64,000 bases of DNA, taken from positions 264 through 64,263 of the forward strand of contig JASHRF010000105.1 in assembly GCA_030037545.1 (NCBI GenBank), written 5' to 3'. Positions 10,089 to 19,357 of the stretch are shown piece by piece. The notes under the pieces were generated by a model. That model had not been told where the DNA came from, searched no databases, and worked only from the letters and a program-made list of their open reading frames with translations. Origin of the DNA: Acidobacteriaceae bacterium. Lineage in GTDB: Bacteria; Acidobacteriota; Terriglobia; Terriglobales; Acidobacteriaceae. Both the position numbers and the translations under genes were made by a program. Numbering within the stretch: the stretch's first letter is position 1; each line of letters starts with the position of its first letter.

Positions 10089-13000
10089 ATGATTAGAAAA
10101 TTGCGTGCTTTTTGCCTTGTGATCTTTGCGCTCGCTTGCAGCGCACCGTTCGTTTCCGCTGACGCACAAGACGCCGGCCCCATGCCGGAGATGCACTGGC
10201 GCATGATCGGGCCGTTTCGCGGCGGGCGCACGCGCGCGGCTGTGGGCGTGGCCGATGAGCCCAATGTTTTTTATGTCGGCCAGGTGGATGGCGGGGTATG
10301 GAAATCAAACGATTACGGACGCACTTGGGAACCCATATTCGACGGCCAGGACACGCAATCGATCGGCGCCATTGCCGTAGCTCCCTCGAACGACAACATC
10401 GTATACGTGGCCAGCGGCGAGGGCTTGCACCGGCCCGATCTTTCGGTGGGCGACGGGATCTATCGCTCCAATGATGCGGGCAAAACATGGACGCACCTGG
10501 GACTGTGCGATAGCGAACAGATACCGGCGCTGGCTGTCGATCCGTCGAATCCGGACCGAATTTTCGCAGCGGTGCTGGGCCATCCTTACGGGCCGAATGC
10601 GGAGCGCGGTATCTTTCGCTCCGACGACGGCGGCGCAACCTGGAAAAAAGTGCTCTACAAGGACGACCGCACAGGCGGATCGGATGTGGCCATCGATCCC
10701 AGGAATCCCCAGGTGGTGTACGCCTCTCTGTGGCAGGAGACGCTGGGACCGTGGGAAGACGGCAATGAGTATCCGGGCACGCACGGCGGATTGTTCAAGT
10801 CGACCGACGGCGGCACGACCTGGACGCAGTTGACGAATGGCCTTCCCGCCAAGCTTGTGCAGATCAACGTGGCCATTGCGGCCAGCGATCCGCAGCGCCT
10901 GTACGCCACGATTTCTACGGCGGAAGAAGGCGGTTATGCCAACGCCAAAGGATTGGGAGTGTACCGCAGCGACGATGCGGGCGCGAGCTGGCGCAAGATT
11001 ACCGACGATCCGCGGCCGGCAATGAAGATCGGGGGCGGCGATTTGCCGGTGCCGGTGGTCGATCCGCAAAATCCGGATGTGGTTTATTCGACCAGCATTG
11101 TGACCTGCCGCAGCGAAGATGGCGGACGAACATGGATCAGCCTGCGCGGCGCGCCGGGCGGCGACGATTACCAGAACATGTGGATCAATCCGCGCCATCC
11201 GAAGATCCTGCTGCTGGTGAGCGACCAGGGCGCGCTGGTGAGCGTGAATGGCGGTGAAACATGGAGCTCGTGGTACAACCAGCCCACCGCGCAGCTTTAT
11301 CACGTGGCGGCAACCTACGGGTTTCCCTACCAGGTGTGCGCGGGGCAGCAGGAGAGCGGGTCGGTGTGCATATCGACGCGCGGAAACGACGGCGAGATTA
11401 CGTTTCGCGAATGGCATCCGGTGGGCATCATCGAGTACGGCTATGCGGCTCCCGACCCGTTGCATCCGGAGATCGTATACGGAGCAGGGCGCACGGAAGT
11501 ATCGCGATACGACATGGTGACCGGCGAAGACCAGAACGTTACGCCGCTGCCTATGCGCAAGAAGGGATACCGCGGCGACCGCACCGAGCCGATTCTTTTT
11601 TCTCCGGTCGATCCACACACCATGTACTATGCGGCCAACCATCTGTTCAAAACCGCTGACGGCGGTCATACGTGGGAGACGATCAGCCCGGACCTGAGCC
11701 GCGAAACGACGCCACAGCTTTCCACTCTGCCTGCCTTGATGCCTGAGCAACGGGCGGAACGGAGGGGCGTGATTTATTCGGTGGCAGCCTCGTACAAGAC
11801 TACGCAGACCATTTGGGCCGGAACCGACGACGGGCTGGTGTGGATCACGCGCGACGGGGGCAAAAACTGGACCAACATTACGCCGCCGGAGGTGACGGCG
11901 TGGAGCAAGATCGCGCAAATCGAGGCTTCGCGCTTCGACGATGATACGGCCTACGTGGCTGTGAACCGGATGCGCGTGGACGATCTGCACCCCTACGTCT
12001 ACCGCACGCACGATGGTGGAAAGACATGGGAGTCGATCGCTGCGGGGCTGCCCGATGACGCGCCGGTGAACGCGGTGCGCGCCGATCCTCTCCAGCCGGG
12101 ACTGCTGTATGAGGCCACGGAGCGCGCGGTGTGGACGTCGTTTGACGATGGTGCGCATTGGCTGCCGCTCCAATACAATCTGCCGCATACGTCCATGCGC
12201 GATCTGCTGGTGAAGGACGACGATTTGATCGTGGCCACGCACGGGCGCTCGTTCTGGGTGCTGGACGATGTGCAGCCGCTGCGGGAGCTGGCCGCTGAAA
12301 AAGGGAAAGAAGCGCCGATGCTCTTTGCGCCCGCGGCGGCATGGCGCGTGCGCCGCGACGAGAACACGGATACGCCGCTGCCGCCCGATGAGCCGGCCGG
12401 CGAAAACCCGCCCAATGGCGCAATTATCGACTATAACCTGGCGAGCGATGCGCACGAGGTGGTGTTGGAAGTGCTGGATGGGCAGGGCAATGTGCTGCGC
12501 CGTTATAGCTGCAACGATCCCGTTATGCCCACGGCGGAGCAACTGCGCATCAATTTGATTCCGCCGGTCTGGCCGAAGATATCTGGCCCGATGCCGGCCA
12601 CGGCCGGGATGCATCGCTGGGTGTGGGACCTGCGCGCAACAGCGCCGACGGCAACGCATTACGAGTATCCGATCTCGGCGGTCCCGCATCGCACGCCGCT
12701 CGGGCCGCAAGGGCCGCTGGTGGTGCCGGGAACATACACGGTGCGTTTGACAGTGGATGGCCACAGCGAAACGGCTTCCCTGAAGGTGAAAATCGATCCG
12801 CGGGTCCATGCGTCCATGGCCGATCTCGAGGCGCTCCATGCGGCGCAGACGGTCATGGCGTCATCGCTCGACGCGCTGGCCAAAGCGGATCTTGCGGCGC
12901 ATTCGGTGAGCGAACAGCTCGCGGCGCCGGAGAATGCGTCTCTGAGCGCGCAGCTGGCGCCGTTCAGCGACGCGTTGAAGATGGTTCTGAGCGGCAGTGA

Positions 13001-13280
13001 CCCCAAGGCGGCCAAGTGGCTGCCGAGCATCGACGAATTGACCGGCGAGGCGACCGGGCTCTACGACGAGCTGCAACAGGCTGATGCCGCGCCCACGATC
13101 GCGCTGCTGGCGGCTGCGGCGCAGGTGGAGGATGAAGGCAAAGAGGTGCTGCCGGGCTGGCAGGAGTTCAAAGAAAAGCAACTGCCGGCGCTCAATCAGA
13201 AACTACGCGAGGCGCATCGCCCGGCCATCGATTTGAGCCGCGCGCCCGCGGACATGCCGGAGAGCGGGGACGAAGAGTAG
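10089..13280 (+). CDS. Secreted VPS10/BNR-repeat beta-propeller protein, paralog of 3600-6815
   Basis: Signal peptide; WRMIGPFRGGR; Asp-box repeats; RGAPGGDDY and WYNQPTAQLYHV shared with the paralog. Confidence 0.88.
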   Translation: MIRKLRAFCLVIFALACSAPFVSADAQDAGPMPEMHWRMIGPFRGGRTRAAVGVADEPNVFYVGQVDGGVWKSNDYGRTWEPIFDGQDTQSIGAIAVAPSNDNIVYVASGEGLHRPDLSVGDGIYRSNDAGKTWTHLGLCDSEQIPALAVDPSNPDRIFAAVLGHPYGPNAERGIFRSDDGGATWKKVLYKDDRTGGSDVAIDPRNPQVVYASLWQETLGPWEDGNEYPGTHGGLFKSTDGGTTWTQLTNGLPAKLVQINVAIAASDPQRLYATISTAEEGGYANAKGLGVYRSDDAGASWRKITDDPRPAMKIGGGDLPVPVVDPQNPDVVYSTSIVTCRSEDGGRTWISLRGAPGGDDYQNMWINPRHPKILLLVSDQGALVSVNGGETWSSWYNQPTAQLYHVAATYGFPYQVCAGQQESGSVCISTRGNDGEITFREWHPVGIIEYGYAAPDPLHPEIVYGAGRTEVSRYDMVTGEDQNVTPLPMRKKGYRGDRTEPILFSPVDPHTMYYAANHLFKTADGGHTWETISPDLSRETTPQLSTLPALMPEQRAERRGVIYSVAASYKTTQTIWAGTDDGLVWITRDGGKNWTNITPPEVTAWSKIAQIEASRFDDDTAYVAVNRMRVDDLHPYVYRTHDGGKTWESIAAGLPDDAPVNAVRADPLQPGLLYEATERAVWTSFDDGAHWLPLQYNLPHTSMRDLLVKDDDLIVATHGRSFWVLDDVQPLRELAAEKGKEAPMLFAPAAAWRVRRDENTDTPLPPDEPAGENPPNGAIIDYNLASDAHEVVLEVLDGQGNVLRRYSCNDPVMPTAEQLRINLIPPVWPKISGPMPATAGMHRWVWDLRATAPTATHYEYPISAVPHRTPLGPQGPLVVPGTYTVRLTVDGHSETASLKVKIDPRVHASMADLEALHAAQTVMASSLDALAKADLAAHSVSEQLAAPENASLSAQLAPFSDALKMVLSGSDPKAAKWLPSIDELTGEATGLYDELQQADAAPTIALLAAAAQVEDEGKEVLPGWQEFKEKQLPALNQKLREAHRPAIDLSRAPADMPESGDEE

Positions 13281-13318
13281 GTCTTGATGCCGGATGATGC
13301 TTCTTGAAGTCATGCTTT

Positions 13319-13390
13319 CCCAGGTCTCAAAATCGAGATATCCGCCCCGCGGACGAGAACCTGTCCGTGGGACCCCGGTGCTGGGCGCCC
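13319..13390. repeat. Composite REP: caggtctc...gaga hairpin interrupted by a second ~38-bp palindromic unit (13341-13378)
   Basis: cccaggtctcaaaatcgaga[tatccgccccgcggacgagaacctgtccgtgggaccccggtg]ctgggcgccc, compared with the uninterrupted copy at 9969. Confidence 0.7.
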
Positions 13391-13404
13391 AGACGTTGCG
13401 AGTT

Positions 13405-14913
13405 CTACTGCACTTCGGTCCTGCTGTCTGCTTTGATTTGCGCTGCTACGAAGTCATGCACGAGCATGAGGCTGGTGGGGGCCGTCACCGTAACCGGAGA
13501 TTGCTGGCCGGGGGCATGGATCATGAGCAGCGGGCGCGGGTCCCATTGGCCGCCGTTCGAAGCGCGCTCGTCTTCGGCGCTCCACCCAGGCAGCGGACGC
13601 CACATCCAGGTGCGCCAGGAGTGGTCGCCGTGAATCAGCAGCGTGGTTGCCGCCCAGCGCGGCTGGGATTCGAGGATGTAGAGCATTTGCCCCAGGAGCC
13701 GGTCGGTATAATCAAGACCGTCGAGATACGATCCGCCCGGAGCGAATTTGTGCGCATGCCGGTTCCAGAAGCCGATGGGATGGGGAGCGGGTATGTGCAG
13801 ATAGATGATGTCGGCGTTACTGCTGGCCAGAACCCGGAGCGCGTGCTGACTGACATTCTTCACCGACTGAATGTGCCCCTCGGCGTTCCAGCGGGATTCG
13901 TCGTCCCAGGCAAGGCGCGGATCGAAGGCCTGTTCGGCAAGAATGCGCAGCGGGAACCAGACGTTCTCAGCGTAGCTGGCATCGAGCGAAGTGGGTCCGC
14001 GATCCTGCGCGTCGTCGTTGGTCCACCAGCACTGCGTGGCGATGTTGACGAAGGTGGGGCAGTAGGCGATGTACCAGCCGATGACGGAAGTCGAGAGCCC
14101 GGCGCGCTTGGCCTGACCAAACAGCGAGGCACTCGCGTCGAACTTCGTCCAATGGGGATCCTGCTTGGTTTTGATCAGATACTCATTGCCTGACGTATAC
14201 GTCATGTCGGTGACGATCTGACCCATCTGCAGGGTCGGCACCGCGCGCGTTGTGCGCTTGGCGATCGGCGTCACGTCGGTGTAGAGCGTGCTCTCGGCGC
14301 GCAGGCGATCAAAGTTGGGGAGCACGAGGGAGGGCTCGCGGTCTTCGAAGACCTGCTTGTAGGCAAGCTCGTCGAAGAGAATCCACACCAGGCGCGGGCG
14401 AGCCGGGGGCGGCGTGGCAATGGGCGGGGACCAGGATTGCAGGCCGGGACGCCAAAACGCGGCGCGGGTAAGCTGCACAGTCATCACCAGGGCGAAGCAG
14501 ACAAAGCCTGCCAGCAGCGTGCTGCCGGCGTTGCTCAACTGCGCGTAACGGTGGGGAAGCCGGGGAGCGAGGAAAACGACAAAACCGATCCACGCGGTGC
14601 TGATGGCGAGAACCACGGGGCCGGGAATCGTGAATGGGATGACGTTCAAGTTGCGCGCAAACAGGAGTGGCGGCAGGATGGCAACCAACGCCCAGCGAAT
14701 GTGCGGCCAGGCGCGCAGTTTGCGCAGCAGCGCCGTTGCCACGGCAAAGATCACGGCGACGATGGCCATGTCGGTCAGGTGAGCGAGGACAATTTTGGTC
14801 AGCGGATGGGGAACCCGCATGCGCGCATCGCCGCTTCCCGAGGTGATGTCGATGTAATTGGGGAGCAGCAGAATAGATGCGAAGGCCCATGCCTGCGCGA
14901 TGCGTTTGATCAT
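13405..14913 (-). CDS. Membrane-anchored alkaline-phosphatase/sulfatase-superfamily transferase (NoeB/LtaS/EptA-like)
   Basis: 4-5 N-terminal TMs, then ILFDEL, KRTT (Thr nucleophile position), HIPAPH and IHGDHS metal-binding motifs. Confidence 0.8.
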   Translation of the reverse strand: MIKRIAQAWAFASILLLPNYIDITSGSGDARMRVPHPLTKIVLAHLTDMAIVAVIFAVATALLRKLRAWPHIRWALVAILPPLLFARNLNVIPFTIPGPVVLAISTAWIGFVVFLAPRLPHRYAQLSNAGSTLLAGFVCFALVMTVQLTRAAFWRPGLQSWSPPIATPPPARPRLVWILFDELAYKQVFEDREPSLVLPNFDRLRAESTLYTDVTPIAKRTTRAVPTLQMGQIVTDMTYTSGNEYLIKTKQDPHWTKFDASASLFGQAKRAGLSTSVIGWYIAYCPTFVNIATQCWWTNDDAQDRGPTSLDASYAENVWFPLRILAEQAFDPRLAWDDESRWNAEGHIQSVKNVSQHALRVLASSNADIIYLHIPAPHPIGFWNRHAHKFAPGGSYLDGLDYTDRLLGQMLYILESQPRWAATTLLIHGDHSWRTWMWRPLPGWSAEDERASNGGQWDPRPLLMIHAPGQQSPVTVTAPTSLMLVHDFVAAQIKADSRTEVQ

Positions 14914-16376
14914 GCCAGGACCACCTCGACCGCCTCCGGGTTGCGCTCGGCGCTGCGTTCCAAAAGCAAAAGCACGCGCTGATTGTTGAGAGCCTGTCGG
15001 CGGCGCAGCTGGAAAAAGGCTGCGAGCGCCTGCAACAGATCGCTCTCAGACAAATGCCCATAGAGGTCGTCGCGGCCGCGCAGCCACTCCTGATACATGG
15101 GATCGGAGGGCGGCACCCACTCCACCAGCAGCCAGCGGCGCGAAAGCAGCGCGCACAGCTCGGCGATACGCTGCAGGGGTGCCTGTTCGCGCAGGATCAG
15201 GTGATGAATGACGGCCAACATGAGCACAAGATCGCAGCTCCCGGCCAGGCGGTCGAGGAGTGAAAGCTGCTCGCGGTTTCTCCATCCCGCGGCCGGCGTA
15301 GGACGGGCAATGTTGGCCACCAACGCGGCGATGGGCAGCTTGCGCTCCGCAGCCGCGCGCCACAGCGATTCCACGGCAGCGGCATCGTTGTCGATGGCGA
15401 TAACCTGGACGCCGGCTTTCCGCCCTGCAGGCGAAGACCTGTCTGCGGGAGCCCCGGATTCCGCTGCCAGCAGAGAGTAGGTTCCTGTATTTGCTCCTAC
15501 GTCGAGAACGCGCTCCGGCCGGCACTCGTCCAGCGCGCTGCGCACAAACTGCTGTTTCGTTTCCACATCGGCCGCGCTATAGTGGGTCGCGCTCTGCGCG
15601 TACCGGCTCCATTGGCTGCTTGACCGCTGCGAAGCCGCGCGGCGAATTTGGCGCAGCAGGCGCGCAAGTCGCTTGTTGAGAATGTGCGTGGCCAGCTCGG
15701 GGTGGACGGGTTTGGCGACTGCACGCGGCTGTTTCTGCCCTGCGCCGGGCTTTTCGAGCAAAGTGGCCATGGTAACCACGTCGAACAAATCCGGATACCA
15801 GCGCTGCCAGGGCTTGAGCACCTGATAGATCATGCGCGGCTCGTAGCCATCGCGCCAGAAGATGGTGTTTTCGAGAGGCCAACCGAGGTACTTGGCGGCG
15901 ACGAGAGGCAGCAGAAATGTGCGCACGAATTGCCCGTAAGCCAGCCAGACAGTGGAATGGGGGTCACGGCGCTCGAGCGAGAGAACGTCGACCAGCACCG
16001 GGCGCGCACCGTCGAAGACGATGTTCAGCGGCGTGGCGTCTTTCAGCGTCCAGCCGGCATCAATGGCCTGCCCGGCCACACGCAGGGTGAGCTCTGCAGC
16101 AGCGCGCCATTGCGCGGTCGTCCACTCCCAGGGATAGCTGATGGGATCGATGCGCGGATGCTCGAGCCAGAAGTCGCCAGGCGCGATGCAGGCATGACGC
16201 GCGGGCACGGTAATGACGCTGGGAATCAGGTCCCCGCTTTGCTCCAGAGCCGCGCGCAACGGCGAAGCAAGAAATTCGCGAACCGCAGCTTGGGCGTGGC
16301 GATGAATACGGCGCAGGGCGAACTCCGGCGTGAGGCGAAGCTCGCCGGCCGGATCGCGAAAGGTCGATTCCAACAT
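14910..16376 (-). CDS. NoeA-like protein: N-terminal kinase-like domain fused to a class I SAM methyltransferase
   Basis: STFRDPAG, ISYPWEW, LKDATPLNIVF...VDVLS; VLDVGANTG and LAVIHHL; start taken at MLESTF; ATGA overlap with the downstream gene. Confidence 0.8.
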   Translation of the reverse strand: MLESTFRDPAGELRLTPEFALRRIHRHAQAAVREFLASPLRAALEQSGDLIPSVITVPARHACIAPGDFWLEHPRIDPISYPWEWTTAQWRAAAELTLRVAGQAIDAGWTLKDATPLNIVFDGARPVLVDVLSLERRDPHSTVWLAYGQFVRTFLLPLVAAKYLGWPLENTIFWRDGYEPRMIYQVLKPWQRWYPDLFDVVTMATLLEKPGAGQKQPRAVAKPVHPELATHILNKRLARLLRQIRRAASQRSSSQWSRYAQSATHYSAADVETKQQFVRSALDECRPERVLDVGANTGTYSLLAAESGAPADRSSPAGRKAGVQVIAIDNDAAAVESLWRAAAERKLPIAALVANIARPTPAAGWRNREQLSLLDRLAGSCDLVLMLAVIHHLILREQAPLQRIAELCALLSRRWLLVEWVPPSDPMYQEWLRGRDDLYGHLSESDLLQALAAFFQLRRRQALNNQRVLLLLERSAERNPEAVEVVLA

Positions 16377-16423
16377 TTCCGCTTCGAGATGAGCCGGGAT
16401 ATCCGCTGCGCGCTGAGAGCCGG

Positions 16424-16669
16424 TCACGGCAGGGTTGCGCCTTCGCCTCGATTGGCATCCGGTTCGGCTTTTGCGGGTTTGCCGCGATGGAAAAGATCGT
16501 AGATCTTGCGCCGCAAATACCACCCGGCCGCAACCATAGCCGATCCGATGGCCTGAATGGCCAGAAGCCCGGTCCCGGGGTCGGTATACGCATACGCCGG
16601 CCGCTCGGCAAGCAGAAGTATGCCCAGGCAAATCAGAAGAAGAGAGATGATGGAGAGCAGCCTTCGCAT
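16424..16669 (-). CDS. 81-aa membrane protein: signal peptide + YTDPGTG motif + TM helix + basic cluster
   Basis: MRRLLSIISLLLICLGILLLAERPAYA|YTDPGTG-LLAIQAIGSAMVAAGWYL-RRK; GGAG upstream; co-oriented 47 bp before the noeA-like gene. Confidence 0.75.
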   Translation of the reverse strand: MRRLLSIISLLLICLGILLLAERPAYAYTDPGTGLLAIQAIGSAMVAAGWYLRRKIYDLFHRGKPAKAEPDANRGEGATLP

Positions 16670-17093
16670 AACGCCAGTGTATATCTCCGGAGGGATCGAC
16701 GGGAACCCAATCGAATGCGACGGGATCCATGAAGCCACAAATTCGCCGGATCCTGTTCGATAGACTGTTCCCGGGGGACCAGAGTTTACAGGCAGCTGCG
16801 CCGGGTGAATATTCCGCCGTTTGTTCGCCGTGAGGGTCCGGCGCAGTCCAGAGCCCCCGGCCATGCTCTCCCATGTTCCCCGCTCGCTGTTCTCGTTGCT
16901 GACTTTCGGGCCCAAGCGTATCCTGAAGCGGGGGTTTCCCGTCCAACTGACAAGAACGGATTTTCAGCACATTTCCCTTTTCCCAGTGGCGCCGGTGCGT
17001 GCAGCGCTCGGGCAGTTGGAGCGCAAGGCCGGAGTTTGACGCTTGCGCAAGATTCGCTGTTGTTATTTTTAGCCCCGTGAGCGTGGTAAACGC

Positions 17094-18062
17094 ATGAGTC
17101 TGACGACTATTCCATTTTCGGACGCGCAGGTGATCGGGCGATTGCGATCGCACGCCAGCCTGCTGCGCCTGGATCACTCCGTGAAGCAGATCTTTGTCCT
17201 GCCCGGAATGGTGATCGCGGCCAGTATTGCCGGGACGACATCGGATTCCGCTTTCGCGGGGCGTGCCGTTCTGGGCCTGCTGGCAGTGGTGGCGGTGGCC
17301 AGCAGCAACTACGTCCTTAATGAGCTGCTGGATGCTCCGTTCGACCGCCTGCACCCCACCAAGCATCAGCGGCCGGCAGCCTGCCGCAGCATCAACGTGC
17401 CCCTGGCGTACGCGCAGTGGCTAGCCTGCGGCGCCATCGGGTTTCTCCTTGCCTATGCCGTGTCGTGGCAGCTTTTCCTCTGCGTGCTCGGCCTGTGGCT
17501 GATGGGCTGCGCCTACAATGTCCCGCCGGTCCGCATGAAGGACCTCCCCTATCTCGACGTTCTCGCCGAGTCCATCAACAATCCCATCCGCTTCTGCGTG
17601 GGCTGGTACATCGTAACCTCCACGGTGCTGCCCCCGGCTTCAATGCTGTTGGCGTACTGGATGCTGGGCGGCTACTTCATGGCCCTCAAGCGGTTCAGCG
17701 AATACCGGCAGATCGGCGCGGAATCGGCGCGGCTCTACCGCCGCTCGTTTGTCCAGTACACCGAAGAGTCGCTGCTGGTGTCGGCGCTTTTCTACGCGGC
17801 CGCGGCCATGCTGTTCTTTGGCGCCTTCATCATGCGCTACCGCATGGAGATGATCTTCGCCTTTCCCTTTATCGCCTTGCTGATGGCGGTTTATTTCAAG
17901 CTGGCCTTTGCCTGCGAAAGCCCGGTGCAGCATCCGGAGAAGCTTTATCGGGAACCCTTGTTGATGGTGCTGCTGACCGTGTGCAGCACCGTCCTTATCG
18001 TCACCTCGTTCGTTCATTTTCCGTGGCTGGCGCAGCTGTTTCCCAAGTCCGGGCTGAGGTAG
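17094..18062 (+). CDS. UbiA-family prenyltransferase (polyprenyl-phosphate phosphoribosyltransferase/NoeC-like)
   Basis: NYVLNELLDAPFDRLHPTKHQRP and ALKRFSEY motifs; ~9 TMs. Confidence 0.85.
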   Translation: MSLTTIPFSDAQVIGRLRSHASLLRLDHSVKQIFVLPGMVIAASIAGTTSDSAFAGRAVLGLLAVVAVASSNYVLNELLDAPFDRLHPTKHQRPAACRSINVPLAYAQWLACGAIGFLLAYAVSWQLFLCVLGLWLMGCAYNVPPVRMKDLPYLDVLAESINNPIRFCVGWYIVTSTVLPPASMLLAYWMLGGYFMALKRFSEYRQIGAESARLYRRSFVQYTEESLLVSALFYAAAAMLFFGAFIMRYRMEMIFAFPFIALLMAVYFKLAFACESPVQHPEKLYREPLLMVLLTVCSTVLIVTSFVHFPWLAQLFPKSGLR

Positions 18063-18161
18063 CGCGCGTCTCAGGGAACCAACTCCATTACGCAAAGAAA
18101 TTGAACGCCTTTGAGGAGAAGCGGTCGGCGCAGGCCGCGGCTTGCGGTATTCTTATAAAGC

Positions 18162-18238
18162 GCGCCCGTAGCTCAGCTGGATAGAGCGAATGCCTCCGGA
18201 GCATTAGGTCGGGAGTTCGAATCTCTCCGGGCGCACCA
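18162..18238 (+). tRNA. tRNA-Arg (CCG)
   Basis: 77 nt; GCGCCCG/CGGGCGC acceptor stem; anticodon arm AATGC-CTCCGGA-GCATT; GTTCGAAT T-loop; encoded CCA. Confidence 0.97.
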
Positions 18239-18560
18239 TCCTTTTTTCTCCCCATTCAACCTTTAACCTGAGCTCACTGTTGATTCTTCGCGTTTGCATC
18301 CATACTCATACCGCGCTTGGGTTTCGAGGGCGGCATGCGCGAGGCAATTCCGACCGCACCAGCGGAATTGGGGCGATTGTGGCGAATTGAAAGCTGCATA
18401 TCACCTCCTGCTTGAGCAGCACGCCGAATTTATTCAATGGCCGATTTTGCCGATTTCAATCATACAGTTGACTCATCATGGCCCTGAAATGGCATTTCTC
18501 TCCAAATTCGCACCACGGCGCTGGCATATTCCACCAGGAAGAGACTAAAATTCCGGTGAA

Positions 18561-19346
18561 ATGTCCGAATCCATTAATCGCAGATCTGAGCAGATTGTCA
18601 AATTTCTGCTTCGCACCGGCAGCGCGACCATCGACGAGATTCTCGCCGAAGCCGGTTCCTCGGCGCCCAGCATCCGGCGCGACCTTGCACGGCTTGAAAA
18701 CCGCGGCCTGATCCGCCGCACACACGGCGGCGCCGAGCTGGTGGAGCCGCTGCTTTATGAGCCGTTCCGCTATGACAGTTCATTCATAGCTCGCGAACAG
18801 CGTCACGCAGCGGAAAAGCGGCGCATCGGTCTGGCGGCGGCGGAGTTGGTGCAGGCAGGCGAGACGGTGGGGCTCTCTGCGGGCACCACCACCACGCACA
18901 TCGGGCGCAGCCTGCGCCATCGCGAGCAGATCCAGGTCATTACCAATGCCATCAACATCGGCATGGAGCTGTGCAACCGGACGGCGATCCGCACCTACCT
19001 TACCGGCGGCGTGGTGCCGTGGGCATGGTCGTTTGCGCTGTGCGGCAACGCCGCGCTCAGCTTTCTCGACAATGTGTACCTGGACAAAGTTTTTCTGAGC
19101 GTGACGGGGCTGGACGCCGAACGTGGCGCCACTTCGCTGGAGACCGACGAAGCGCTGGTCTATCGCAAGATGCTGAAGCAGGCCAAGCAGGTGATTGTGG
19201 CGGCCGATTCGAGCAAGTTGGGCAAAGTGAGCCCGGGATTCATCTGCCCGGCCAACGAGATCCAAATTCTGATCACCGATCACGGCGCGAATCCCGAAAC
19301 CACCGCGGCATTCGAACGCGTGGGCATGCGTGTCATCCGCGTCTGA
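18561..19346 (+). CDS. DeoR/GlpR-family transcriptional regulator
   Basis: SIRRDLARLE...IRRTHGGA HTH; GTTT, VITNA and DSSKLG motifs. Confidence 0.93.
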   Translation: MSESINRRSEQIVKFLLRTGSATIDEILAEAGSSAPSIRRDLARLENRGLIRRTHGGAELVEPLLYEPFRYDSSFIAREQRHAAEKRRIGLAAAELVQAGETVGLSAGTTTTHIGRSLRHREQIQVITNAINIGMELCNRTAIRTYLTGGVVPWAWSFALCGNAALSFLDNVYLDKVFLSVTGLDAERGATSLETDEALVYRKMLKQAKQVIVAADSSKLGKVSPGFICPANEIQILITDHGANPETTAAFERVGMRVIRV

Positions 19347-19357
19347 GGCTTGCGCAG

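Noticed and set aside
10305-12839. 844-aa antisense ORF, and similar ones such as 46563-48389 +, 31112-32563 - and 49573-50883 -
   Set aside because: Shadow ORFs of well-supported genes in high-GC DNA; no motifs
16377-17366. 330-aa N-terminal extension of the 818-aa ORF
   Set aside because: It overlaps ubiA and the YTDPGTG gene and has no protein-like pattern; recognisable motifs begin at MLESTFRDPAG
13405-18062. Nodulation (Nod factor) capacity implied by the noeA/B/C-like genes
   Set aside because: No nodABC in the window, and these families are general envelope-modification enzymes
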